Assembly: GCA_963662285.2 (NCBI GenBank)
Contig: CAXXMV010000001.1
Coordinates: forward strand, 160,001 to 224,000
Length of the DNA: 64,000 nucleotides
Reading direction: 5' to 3'
From: a bacterium
GTDB taxonomy: Bacteria; Hinthialibacterota; Hinthialibacteria; Hinthialibacterales; Hinthialibacteraceae
Shown here: positions 1-9,522 of the stretch, in pieces
Position numbering within the stretch: the stretch's first letter is position 1
How the letters are laid out: the number at the start of each line of letters is the position of its first letter
Program-made: the position numbers and the translations under genes
Notes under the pieces: model-generated
What the model was told of the DNA's origin: nothing
Databases searched by the model: none
What the model saw: the letters and a program-made list of their open reading frames with translations, nothing else

Positions 1-2389
1 CGCTGTAATCCTGGTGTTTCGTTAAGAAAGATGGCGCTTCAACCACCATTTCTCCCCGGTTGATTATTTCTACGATTCGGGCGCTGTAATTTCCAAAACG
101 GACAGTGTTATCCCCCGGATCTAACTGAAAATTATTACCAAATATCCTGACCTGAGAATTCACGGGGCCTTCGGAAGGCGTAATACGTGTAATCGATGGA
201 GAAAACGGATCGCCGATTTGCACGAAGCAACTCTCCAGCGGCGTCGGACCGGCGGGCGACAATTCGAGACCAAATACGTTGATTAAATATCCCATCAACG
301 CTGCCGTGCGTTCAGCAACTTTTCCTATGGTAGAGATAGTTTCCAGAGTTCCTAGAACGCGGCTGTACGGAATCAGTAGAGAAGCGATCTCCTCTTTAAT
401 GGCATCGGAAACGCTTGGCATGGCGAGAGCGTTTTCTACGATCTTTTCAGCGATTACTCTAATAATCGTAAAGATAATCTGTACTTGTTGCTCTTCATCC
501 TGGGGCAGCGGATAAATCCGGAGTCCTTGAGCGTTCAAGGACAAAATTGATTCGTGAACGCTTTCGTCAATAATAGAAGTAACGTCGTCTCCCAATAGAT
601 CGCCCAATACGTCCAGCATCCCGGCGGAAATATTCAAGATCAACGCCATCATAGCGTAGTTTGGTCCGTTGTCGATCGATTGGATTATTTCATGATCGCG
701 GGGATCGTTATTACCCAGTGCGCCGCTATAAGCCCGGCACTCATATACACCCATGAATGAATCATTGATAGGGATCAAACGCTCCAGAGGTTCTTCCACA
801 CCCAAAATGCTCGATAGCGCCACAATCGGCGCATCAACAATTACGTCGATCGCCTGCGAGGGAGAGATGTTTGACGCCCATAAGTTGGATGGCAGGAACA
901 CGAGCGTATCGTTTGCCCAGGTTTCCGTTCTGCGGATACCGCGCCGGGCGGTCAAAAACGGATTTTTAAGTCCATCTGGCATATCCGTATAATCGACCGG
1001 GTAGAATGTCACAATCCATTCCAAAGGATTGTAATCATTCTGTACGCGATATTGTACTTGAACCGCGTCTTCATTGGAAATATTTCCCAAATCGACAAAA
1101 TCCATATCGGCCCGTTTTATCGTTGTTAAATTCGACGATGACTGGGCGGGTTGATTGAATTTCTCTGTATTGTGGTCGGGCAGGGAGAATGGCGAACTTA
1201 ACGGAATGGACCAGGGACGGTTCATGCTCTGCGATTGAATCTTCGCGGGCGGACTTCCCAAGTGAAGCACCATACTATCCGGCAGTTCCGTTAATATGGC
1301 GTAGATTGCTTCTTCCCATGCAGTTCCCACCTGATCGTCGTTCAATCCATCCGCGCCTTGGGGATAACGGTTGGCGATCGTTCTGGCAAATTCCTGTACT
1401 TCGGGAACCGTGTCGAGTTTGTCCATCACCCAACGGGCCGCATAAACGTTATTGGTTGCAAAGAAGGGATGCAAAAAAATCAGCGCTTTCGCTGTGGATA
1501 AGGCATTAATCTCCAGCGAATCGGCAACCTGACGCGTTCTAACTTTACCTGTCTGCTCATCAACTTCGATTTCGGGGAAAAGGAAAGCAAAATAGGTATT
1601 CTTACTGTCACCCGCAGGAACCGCTCCAACCAGGGACACGCTGTCCTGAGCGACAGTGACATCAAAATTACCTTCTGCATCGATATCACTCGTCTCATCA
1701 AAACGGTTCACGATAGTCAAATCAGAAAGATTGATACCGTCACCGGTTTCGATGACGCCCTGCACGGTTTTCGTTACGGTAAACGAATCGAGGCTGCTTG
1801 CCTCTCCGCCGGGTGTTATGATTTCAATAATTCCCGATTCCATATCACTGGATATTTCAATCAATAGGGATGAACTGGTTACCTCTAAAACAGGAACAGG
1901 AACGCCTCCCACTTCGACGATATTCAAATCGGGAGCCGTGCGTATAAAATTCCCGCCTTCGATCAATACACGCGTTCCTGGATTTCCAAATTTTGGATCG
2001 AATTGATGAATCACTGGTGCGGAAGCGTATAAGTTGCCATTTAATTCGGCTTCCGGGATCAGGCGTACGGAATAACGCAGAATCTGCCGGACGTCGTCTT
2101 CTGTTAATTGCCCGTCGCCAATAGGCCTGTCACCCGTTCCAGGATTGGGATAAACATCCCCTTGATCTTTTTGATCGTCAGTTAGTGTTTCCAGCCCGGC
2201 GATGGACCGGAGAAGTAGAAGAGCATCCCGGCCATCTATACGCCCATCTCCAGATACGTCTCCACGTTCAACCAGGATCTGCCCATTCAAGCATGGAGAA
2301 AAAAGAACGAAGAGCCCTAAAACGAAAAACACAAAAATTATTCTTTTTACGTGAAAAGAAATGAGTGATCCCCAATTACTCATGGCCAT
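1..2389 (-). CDS. Large secreted protein with N-terminal dockerin-like (duplicated EF-hand) module and IPT/TIG domains; runs off the window start
   Basis: Absent from the ORF track because it has no stop in the window. Manual translation from ATG 2389 (GGAGG upstream) gives a signal peptide, GDVSGDGRIDGRDALLLLRSIAG...GDGQLTEDDVRQILRY (dockerin-like) and APVIHQFDPKFGNPGTRVLIEGGNF (IPT). The same frame near base 1 gives PSITRITPSEGPVNSQVRIFGNNF (second IPT). The middle was not fully translated. Confidence 0.8.
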   Translation of the reverse strand, partial: MAMSNWGSLISFHVKRIIFVFFVLGLFVLFSPCLNGQILVERGDVSGDGRIDGRDALLLLRSIAGLETLTDDQKDQGDVYPNPGTGDRPIGDGQLTEDDVRQILRYSVRLIPEAELNGNLYASAPVIHQFDPKFGNPGTRVLIEGGNFIRTAPDLNIVEVGGVPVPVLEVTSSSLLIEISSDMESGIIEIITPGGEASSLDSFTVTKTVQGVIETGDGINLSDLTIVNRFDETSDIDAEGNFDVTVAQDSVSLVGAVPAGDSKNTYFAFLFPEIEVDEQTGKVRTRQVADSLEINALSTAKALIFLHPFFATNNVYAARWVMDKLDTVPEVQEFARTIANRYPQGADGLNDDQVGTAWEEAIYAILTELPDSMVLHLGSPPAKIQSQSMNRPWSIPLSSPFSLPDHNTEKFNQPAQSSSNLTTIKRADMDFVDLGNISNEDAVQVQYRVQNDYNPLEWIVTFYPVDYTDMPDGLKNPFLTARRGIRRTETWANDTLVFLPSNLWASNISPSQAIDVIVDAPIVALSSILGVEEPLERLIPINDSFMGVYECRAYSGALGNNDPRDHEIIQSIDNGPNYAMMALILNISAGMLDVLGDLLGDDVTSIIDESVHESILSLNAQGLRIYPLPQDEEQQVQIIFTIIRVIAEKIVENALAMPSVSDAIKEEIASLLIPYSRVLGTLETISTIGKVAERTAALMGYLINVFGLELSPAGPTPLESCFVQIGDPFSPSITRITPSEGPVNSQVRIFGNNFQLDPGDNTVRFGNYSARIVEIINRGEMVVEAPSFLTKHQDYS

Positions 2390-2659
2390 ATTCCTCCGAA
2401 TGCTATTTATTTAGAAAATAATATAAAATGTAAAAAATTTTAAATAATCATTATTTATATTAACAGATTTATTTGTATAAAAACACTGAAAAATTCAATT
2501 TTGCATAGGAAAATTTGCAGTCCAGTTTTACCCCAAATCTGTTACTAAATTCTCAAGATACTAAGTAACTCATGTTACGTACCAATAACGTAAACAGGAT
2601 GGTAAGAGAGATGGATTGTATTTCGACTGTTTTTTTATTGAGATGATTAGTAGAAAAAT

Positions 2660-4168
2660 ATGTTTGAATCAAGAACACCCATTTTGCATCCGTGTACCAT
2701 AATAATTGCATTATATTTCTATCTGTTTGCATCGGCATCTATGATAATGGCAACGGAGTTGTTTCCGCTATCTGTGCAAGGGAAAGATATTGTCAATAGT
2801 GAAGGTGATGTCATGTCAATGCGGGGAACAAATTTTGGCGGTTGGTTGATGATGGAAACATGGATTCCCAGCATCGAGATGGAATGGCACGATCACCTTC
2901 CTCGATTAGCCAAAGAAGCCGGAATCGAAAAAGAACTTCATCAAGCCATTAAACACATTGGTGAATTTAATGATGATGATGAAAACATACACGATTATAT
3001 CGAACGGCTGCATCAAACGATTCAGTCATTGGTTGACGCGTCGCGTTATGAACGTTATATGATGTTGTTTCAAAAAGAACCGCCGATTTATGCGGCAAAA
3101 GAGCTCGATGAAGTATTACGGAAACGGTTCGGTGTGTATGGCGCCGCCGAAATATGGAACGCGTTTCATGATGTGTGGATCACTGAAACCGACTTTCAAC
3201 TGTCAAAAGCCTTAGGATTTAATTTTGTGCGCATCCCGTTTTGGTACAAATGGTTTGAGAATGAAGAGAATCCCTATGAATACAGCGATTACGGATTTCA
3301 ATATCTCGACAAAGCCATTGCATGGGCGGAAGAGCATGGTCTTTATATCATGTTGGATTTTCATGGAGCGATAGGTGGTCAAAGCCCGTGGGATCATACC
3401 GGCGAATTGAGCCGTGGAGAATTCTTTGAAAATGAAGAATATCAAAAACGTACTGCATCGTTGTGGCGGGAAATTGCAAAACGCTATGCTGGAAATACAA
3501 CCGTTTTTTCCTATGATTTATTGAATGAACCATTCAGCGCCAAAGGAATTGAGGATTGGACAAAGGCGCATGATTTGATGTATGACATGATTCGTGAAGT
3601 GGATACCGACACCATCATTATAATGGAAGACGGCTATAAGTTAGAAACAGAACCGTGGAAAGAAAAAGGATTTTTCCCGAAACCTGAAGAACAAGGTTGG
3701 AAGCAAATTGTCTATTCCATCCATTTTTATTCCGGTTCCGATCCATTGTTTTCAAGTGATGAAGTATTAGACGAACACATACAATTCGCAGAAGATCTAT
3801 TCCGAATCACAAAGAGGGAACAAGACCGTACCGGAGTTCCCATCTATTTCGGAGAATTCAGTACAATGGATGACCGCCCGAACGATATAGAAGGCATGAA
3901 GCTATTTTTAGAAATGTTTAACAGAGAAGGGTGGCATTGGTCTCCTTGGACATTCAAATATGTGGATGACAACAATGAAGGAACCATTTGGGGAATCTAT
4001 CAATATAATGAGCCTTGGAAAAGAACGCCTAATTTTCACCGCGATTCAAAAGAGTCCATCCTGAACACAATTTCTCAATTGACAATAGATCGTTTCAGTT
4101 TACAGGAAAAGTATGGAAAAATCTTGCAGGAATGTCTATCTCAACCAATCTCATCAGCGAATGAATAG
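2660..4168 (+). CDS. Glycoside hydrolase family 5 (cellulase superfamily), secreted
   Basis: RGTNFGGWL, GFNFVRIPF, MLDFHG, YDLLNEP (acid/base), SIHFY and YFGEF (nucleophile) motifs; exact start uncertain. Confidence 0.9.
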   Translation: MFESRTPILHPCTIIIALYFYLFASASMIMATELFPLSVQGKDIVNSEGDVMSMRGTNFGGWLMMETWIPSIEMEWHDHLPRLAKEAGIEKELHQAIKHIGEFNDDDENIHDYIERLHQTIQSLVDASRYERYMMLFQKEPPIYAAKELDEVLRKRFGVYGAAEIWNAFHDVWITETDFQLSKALGFNFVRIPFWYKWFENEENPYEYSDYGFQYLDKAIAWAEEHGLYIMLDFHGAIGGQSPWDHTGELSRGEFFENEEYQKRTASLWREIAKRYAGNTTVFSYDLLNEPFSAKGIEDWTKAHDLMYDMIREVDTDTIIIMEDGYKLETEPWKEKGFFPKPEEQGWKQIVYSIHFYSGSDPLFSSDEVLDEHIQFAEDLFRITKREQDRTGVPIYFGEFSTMDDRPNDIEGMKLFLEMFNREGWHWSPWTFKYVDDNNEGTIWGIYQYNEPWKRTPNFHRDSKESILNTISQLTIDRFSLQEKYGKILQECLSQPISSANE

Positions 4169-4176
4169 AGTGAAAT

Positions 4177-5133
4177 ATGAAGAGAATCTGGAATATACCA
4201 ATTGTTGAATACATACCTGTGCAAGAGATTGATGAGGCAGCCGATGTAGCGCTTGTTTATACAAAAGGTGCATTGGATGCAGTGGAACATAGTCTTCCAT
4301 TTAAGCCATCATCAAAAATTGAAGTTACACTAGCGGAAGAAGATCATTGGAAGCAATTGATATCTAATATCCAAGGAGATGTGATCTATGCCGTCGGCGG
4401 CGGACTTGCCGTTGATGCAGCTAAGTATATCGCTTGTAAAACTAACAAGCCGCTGAAATGCATTCCAACGGCCATGTCGGTAGACGCATTTTTTACTTGG
4501 GCTTCCGGTTATCGCCAAGATGGATGCGTGGAGTATATGGCTACCAAGCCTCCGGATATCACATTTATCGACCTCGATTTGATTGCGCAAGCTCCAGAGC
4601 CGATCAAAGCAGCAGGGATATGCGATATTCTTTCCATCGCTACGGGCAGTTGGGATTGGAAATACGCACACGACAACGACCGGTTAGATCGTGAAACCCG
4701 ATTTATTCCCTTCGTTTATGACAACGCCGCATCCATTTTACAAGGCGCCTTAGACTGCGCAGAAGCAGCGGGAAAAAGTGATCATGATGGAATGAAACAA
4801 TTGATCGACTGTCTTGCCCTAGAAGTGCAATTGTGCAACCAGATTGGGCATTCGCGTCCGGAAGAAGGCAGTGAACATTATTTCGCTTATTCCGTTGAGA
4901 ATGTAATGGGTAAAGGATTACCACATGGCGATTTGGTGGGTCCAGGAATTTTGATAATGGCTCAATTGCAAGGGCTGGATATCGGCCCCTTGGAAAAGGC
5001 TTTGCGGTCATGTAATATCCCGCTTCATTCTATTCCTGACAATATCATCCAGCAAACGCTATATCGATTGCCGGATTATTGTAATAAACATAAATTTCCT
5101 TTTGGAATCGCACATACTTTGAATGCTCAATAG
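4177..5133 (+). CDS. sn-glycerol-1-phosphate dehydrogenase-like enzyme (EgsA/AraM family)
   Basis: GGGLAVDAAKY, IPTAMSVDA, SRPEEGSEH and HGDLVG motifs. Confidence 0.75.
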   Translation: MKRIWNIPIVEYIPVQEIDEAADVALVYTKGALDAVEHSLPFKPSSKIEVTLAEEDHWKQLISNIQGDVIYAVGGGLAVDAAKYIACKTNKPLKCIPTAMSVDAFFTWASGYRQDGCVEYMATKPPDITFIDLDLIAQAPEPIKAAGICDILSIATGSWDWKYAHDNDRLDRETRFIPFVYDNAASILQGALDCAEAAGKSDHDGMKQLIDCLALEVQLCNQIGHSRPEEGSEHYFAYSVENVMGKGLPHGDLVGPGILIMAQLQGLDIGPLEKALRSCNIPLHSIPDNIIQQTLYRLPDYCNKHKFPFGIAHTLNAQ

Positions 5134-5138
5134 GTGAG

Positions 5139-7133
5139 ATGATGAATACTATTTCCAAATTAACCATGGTATCTCTCTTTTTTGTATTTCAATGTCTCTT
5201 CTCTTTCGGAGATTCTTTGTCTATCAAAGGCATGTCTGTCATCCCACACGTACAGTCCCCTGAAATGAAATATAGGAAAGAAGCTAACTTTAGTTTGGGA
5301 GCACGTGTCCAAATCTTTCTGCAAAATATTTCAGACGAAACGCAAACGGTGGATGCCTGCACGGATATTCGATTAAGAGGCAAAACGCCAAAACAACTAA
5401 TAACAAATGATAAATGGTCTTGGCATGATTTTCCCAGTGCTTACGCTGAGAACTCTTTGAGTCTTCCTCCTGATACACTAACGGTATGGACTTGGAATGG
5501 TAATTATGAAGAATGGGGCGTTGTTGAAACGGTCAACATAGCGATTCCCGATATGCTAGACGCCGAGATCAGAATTGAAACGCCTAAAACCTATCTTTCT
5601 GCCATTACTTTTTTAAGTTGTGAGAATAGTCCTTTCCCTGATTCAATGGTTTTTCATATTGCTAACGATTCCGCATCTGATATTTCCATTGAATCAAGCC
5701 GTTTGTGGCTGCCAAAAACCAATGAAACTTGGAGAACTTTATACCCGCAATCCTGGAACAATGAGTTTAAGCCATTTTCTAAAGGTGGATTTATCTCCTC
5801 AAATGATAAAGGTGGTGCAACAGTTAAAACTGGACGATTACCTTTGACCTATGCTGCAGTCGAAGTGCGGGTGAAAGATGATCAGGGGCAAGTGCAATCT
5901 ATTTGGGGGTATTTGCGAATAAAACGTGAAGTTTTTGATATCAGTGGAGGGTGGGTGAATTCTAATATCAATGGACAAAAATCGCTGACCTACGAGCCTT
6001 ATCTAAAATTATTAAAGCGTATGCACATCAACACCGGGCACATTGCCGATACTTCTGGATATACCGACAATCCCGCTCTCTATACCAAATATCCTCTTAA
6101 ATATTTTAATAAACTCGACAATTTCGACTGGTACGATTCAGATGAAATGCTCCCCAGAATTCATGCTGTAGAGTTTTTGGGGGAACCTCAATATGGCGGC
6201 GGTAAACCCGTTGCTCCGATGGAGGTTTGGAAAGCGTTCTTACCTTACCAAGCCACCCGGCTGCCGACTACGGTTACGCATAGCGAAGAACGAATTTGGC
6301 GGTTTTATTCAGGGCTATCCGATTATCCCCATTTTGATGCTTACCGTGTGACGGCTCCCTCACCAGACAATTGGCGATTATATGATCGTTGGGGGGAAAA
6401 ACGCATTCGCTGGGGAGCGCCGTTAGAAACGATCGGCGTTATGACACGCAGTTTGCGCGATTTGAATCGTCCAATGCCAATCGCGTATTGGTCGCAAGGT
6501 GCGCATGACGGTTGGGGACGTTCTGGGGGACGGGAACGGACTTCACCAACGCCAGTTGAATTACGCGCTCAAGCCTACCACGCTCTCGCGGCTCGAATCA
6601 CATCGTTGTATTGGTTTAATTTAAGTTTTAAGTCGTTGAAGAAATTCCCCGATCTCATTGATCCAATTACGGAAATTGGCCGGGAAATAAAAACGCTTGA
6701 AGATTATTATTTACGTGGTGATGCATATCACTATGAGCGAGTCATCGTTAATCAAACTCCTCAATGGGATTTATCCGTCATTGCGGCCCCGCAAGGCGCC
6801 TTGCTCTTTGCATTGGATTTGAATTATGAAGCCGATGATGATGAAAAAGTATTTCAATTTCAGAATTCAAGAAAGGCAGAATTAGAATTTCCTTTACCGG
6901 AATATTTAAGGAATCCCATTCAAGTGCTTCAAGTTGATGCACATAAAATTACAAAAGCACCATTTGAGACAACCCGAAATGGAGTTCGTTTGAAACAATC
7001 TTTTGGGCCTGTAAATATTTTCGTCGTTACACATGATTCAAAACTGAAGGAAACTTTAGAATCTAAGAGACAATCTCTCATCAAATATGAAGAGTCATTT
7101 GAATTAGAACGAGAAACATTATTTGAAAAATAA
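5139..7133 (+). CDS. Hypothetical secreted protein, possibly glycosidase-like barrel
   Basis: 664-aa ORF with signal peptide and GGTGA RBS, closely spaced after the two upstream genes. Confidence 0.7.
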   Translation: MMNTISKLTMVSLFFVFQCLFSFGDSLSIKGMSVIPHVQSPEMKYRKEANFSLGARVQIFLQNISDETQTVDACTDIRLRGKTPKQLITNDKWSWHDFPSAYAENSLSLPPDTLTVWTWNGNYEEWGVVETVNIAIPDMLDAEIRIETPKTYLSAITFLSCENSPFPDSMVFHIANDSASDISIESSRLWLPKTNETWRTLYPQSWNNEFKPFSKGGFISSNDKGGATVKTGRLPLTYAAVEVRVKDDQGQVQSIWGYLRIKREVFDISGGWVNSNINGQKSLTYEPYLKLLKRMHINTGHIADTSGYTDNPALYTKYPLKYFNKLDNFDWYDSDEMLPRIHAVEFLGEPQYGGGKPVAPMEVWKAFLPYQATRLPTTVTHSEERIWRFYSGLSDYPHFDAYRVTAPSPDNWRLYDRWGEKRIRWGAPLETIGVMTRSLRDLNRPMPIAYWSQGAHDGWGRSGGRERTSPTPVELRAQAYHALAARITSLYWFNLSFKSLKKFPDLIDPITEIGREIKTLEDYYLRGDAYHYERVIVNQTPQWDLSVIAAPQGALLFALDLNYEADDDEKVFQFQNSRKAELEFPLPEYLRNPIQVLQVDAHKITKAPFETTRNGVRLKQSFGPVNIFVVTHDSKLKETLESKRQSLIKYEESFELERETLFEK

Positions 7134-7282
7134 ATTCATATAAACTTCTTCTTTCTATTTTTAGTTCCCACACGATCGAAACTTTGCGAAATGGAGGTTC
7201 GGTTGTAACCGGCGCTAAACATATTGAGGGAGGCGCATACTTGTATATATCCCAGATTGGCACATATACGCCGTTTTTCACT

Positions 7283-8593
7283 TTACAATTCCCATCCTTT
7301 GCGCGGTTTGGGTTTGATATGGCGGTTGGCTTCCCAGTTATTCGTCACCCGCATGTTTGGCCCGTCCCAAAGCAGTTCCCCCTCAGTTCTCAATGCCAGA
7401 TTTCCCAGCAGAACTATTTCGGTATACGGCCCGGAGTAATCGAAATTTGAGCAGGCGGGAATGCCTCCCTTGCAGGCCTGAATCCAATCCTTGTAATGCC
7501 CCATTGAACGTGGAATCACAGCATCCGGTTTCTCATAGTCCTTTGGAAATACTTGGAAATCATCCGCATATTCTTTGCTGATGATGCAGCCCTTTTCACC
7601 GATAAACAGATTACCACTATGAAAGTTCACAAGCGGGTCGTTTTGCACTACCTTCGGAAATTGCGGCTTATAACCACCGTCATACCAATACAGCGTAACT
7701 GCAGGCATGCTGCCCCGTTTTGGGAACTTATAGCGGATAATCGATTTATTCGGATAGGTCTGATCGTTCTTTCCGTCCTGTGTCAGGCATTCCACGCTGA
7801 TCGGATCGCCCAATCGAAGCGCCCAGTATGGAGCATCCATTATATGACAGCCCATGTCTCCCAATGCTCCGGTTCCGAAATCCCACCAGCCCCGCCATTT
7901 GAAGGGCGTGTAGTTCGAATTAAAAGGCCGCCAAGGCGCGGGGCCAAGCCATAAATCCCAATCGATATGATCCGGGACATCCTCTTCCGGCAATGGTTTT
8001 GTGATCCCCTGCGGCCAAATTGGGCGGTCGGTCCAGCAATGCACTTCCCGTACATCTCCAATGATTCCTGCCCACAACACCTCGCAGAATTCACGCAGTT
8101 TGCTGCTGGAATGTCCCTGATTTCCCATTTGTGTTGCGACGTTATATTTCCGCGCCGCAAAGGTCAGCTGCCGCGATTCCCAGATCGAATGCGTCAGCGG
8201 CTTCTGTACGTAAACGTGAATTCCCCGCTCCATACACCTCATCGCAGCAAACGCGTGCATATGATCGGCCGTGGAAATGGTGCAGGCGTCAATATTCTCC
8301 TTGTCCAGCATCTCAAGCAGGTTTTTATACTTATTTGCCTTCGGATAACACTGGAACGTTTCCGCCCCGCGCCTCCAATCGACGTCGCACAGCGCAACGA
8401 TATTTTCGCTTTCGCAGCGTTTTAGATCAGACGCCCCTTTTCCTCCAACGCCGATCCCGGCCACGTTTAGTTTTTCATTTGGGGATTTATAACCGAGCTG
8501 CGTAAGTGACTTCCGGCGTTGAGTCGCGCATCCAGCGAGCGTCCCGATTGATCCCATGAAAAATAAACGTCGAGAAAAAGTTGTTTTCTTCAT
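7283..8593 (-). CDS. Gfo/Idh/MocA oxidoreductase with Tat signal
   Basis: SRRLF Tat motif, GIGVGGKG, STADHMH, HVYVQKP, WDLWLGPAP, GALGDMGCH. Confidence 0.92.
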   Translation of the reverse strand: MKKTTFSRRLFFMGSIGTLAGCATQRRKSLTQLGYKSPNEKLNVAGIGVGGKGASDLKRCESENIVALCDVDWRRGAETFQCYPKANKYKNLLEMLDKENIDACTISTADHMHAFAAMRCMERGIHVYVQKPLTHSIWESRQLTFAARKYNVATQMGNQGHSSSKLREFCEVLWAGIIGDVREVHCWTDRPIWPQGITKPLPEEDVPDHIDWDLWLGPAPWRPFNSNYTPFKWRGWWDFGTGALGDMGCHIMDAPYWALRLGDPISVECLTQDGKNDQTYPNKSIIRYKFPKRGSMPAVTLYWYDGGYKPQFPKVVQNDPLVNFHSGNLFIGEKGCIISKEYADDFQVFPKDYEKPDAVIPRSMGHYKDWIQACKGGIPACSNFDYSGPYTEIVLLGNLALRTEGELLWDGPNMRVTNNWEANRHIKPKPRKGWEL

Positions 8594-8607
8594 TAGAGCG
8601 CCAAGCC

Positions 8608-9510
8608 TTACTCAGTATTTTTTTTATGACATTTAAGAATTTCAATAACAGCGGAATTATCTAAATCACCCAAATCCATCTCAACTCCTTTATTCAAAAT
8701 GGATTCATGCAAATTACTCAAAGGGAGTTGAACATTGTGCTCTAATCCGAGTGTATTGATGATCTTTACATCTTTTAGATGTTGGCGAAGACGGGCCTGA
8801 GGATTAAAATCGCGTTCGATCATTTTTTCCCCTTTTGTATCCATCACTTTTGAGTAGGAAACGCCTGATTTTAACACGTCCAAAATTGTATGCAAATCTA
8901 ACCCAAGCGATTCAGCGAAAACCAGACTTTCACTTAATACCAGGCGGTTTAAACCAATGACAAGATTAACCACTAATTTCGCATCGCTCCCTGTTCCGAC
9001 ATCCCCCATGTGGAATATTTGATTCGTCCAAGAATTTAATAAATCTAGAATTGATTCTAATACATTTTCCTGGGAGCCAATCACAACAACGCTGTCTCCC
9101 TTTTGAATCATCGTGGATGAACCAATAAGACAAGCATCACAATATATAGAATTCCTTTGGGATATTTCTTTTGAAATTTGGCGTACATGAGGAGGATTTC
9201 CTGTTGTTGTATCAATAATTATTCTTGAGATAGAGGTATCTTGCAGGAGCCCATTCTTATCCAGCAGTGCGTTCTCAACAATATAGGAATCAGGAAGTGA
9301 CAACACGATGCGGGAGCATTGTTGTGCAATATCAGAGAGGAACTCTGCAATTTGAATACCTGATTCTTGATTTTTTCGGCATTGATGATGATCGATATCA
9401 AAGCCAAGAATGGAAAAACCGGCTTCTTTCATGCGATATGCTAAAGCGCTGCCTACTAAGCCTAGTCCGATCAAGCCAATTGGTTGAGAACTATTTGCTT
9501 CATCATTCAT
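8608..9510 (-). CDS. NAD(P)-dependent 3-hydroxyisobutyrate dehydrogenase / tartronate semialdehyde reductase family protein
   Basis: GLIGLGLVG Rossmann motif, GTGSDAKLVVN, HLKDV. Confidence 0.88.
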   Translation of the reverse strand: MNDEANSSQPIGLIGLGLVGSALAYRMKEAGFSILGFDIDHHQCRKNQESGIQIAEFLSDIAQQCSRIVLSLPDSYIVENALLDKNGLLQDTSISRIIIDTTTGNPPHVRQISKEISQRNSIYCDACLIGSSTMIQKGDSVVVIGSQENVLESILDLLNSWTNQIFHMGDVGTGSDAKLVVNLVIGLNRLVLSESLVFAESLGLDLHTILDVLKSGVSYSKVMDTKGEKMIERDFNPQARLRQHLKDVKIINTLGLEHNVQLPLSNLHESILNKGVEMDLGDLDNSAVIEILKCHKKNTE

Positions 9511-9522
9511 GTTTGCTGAATC

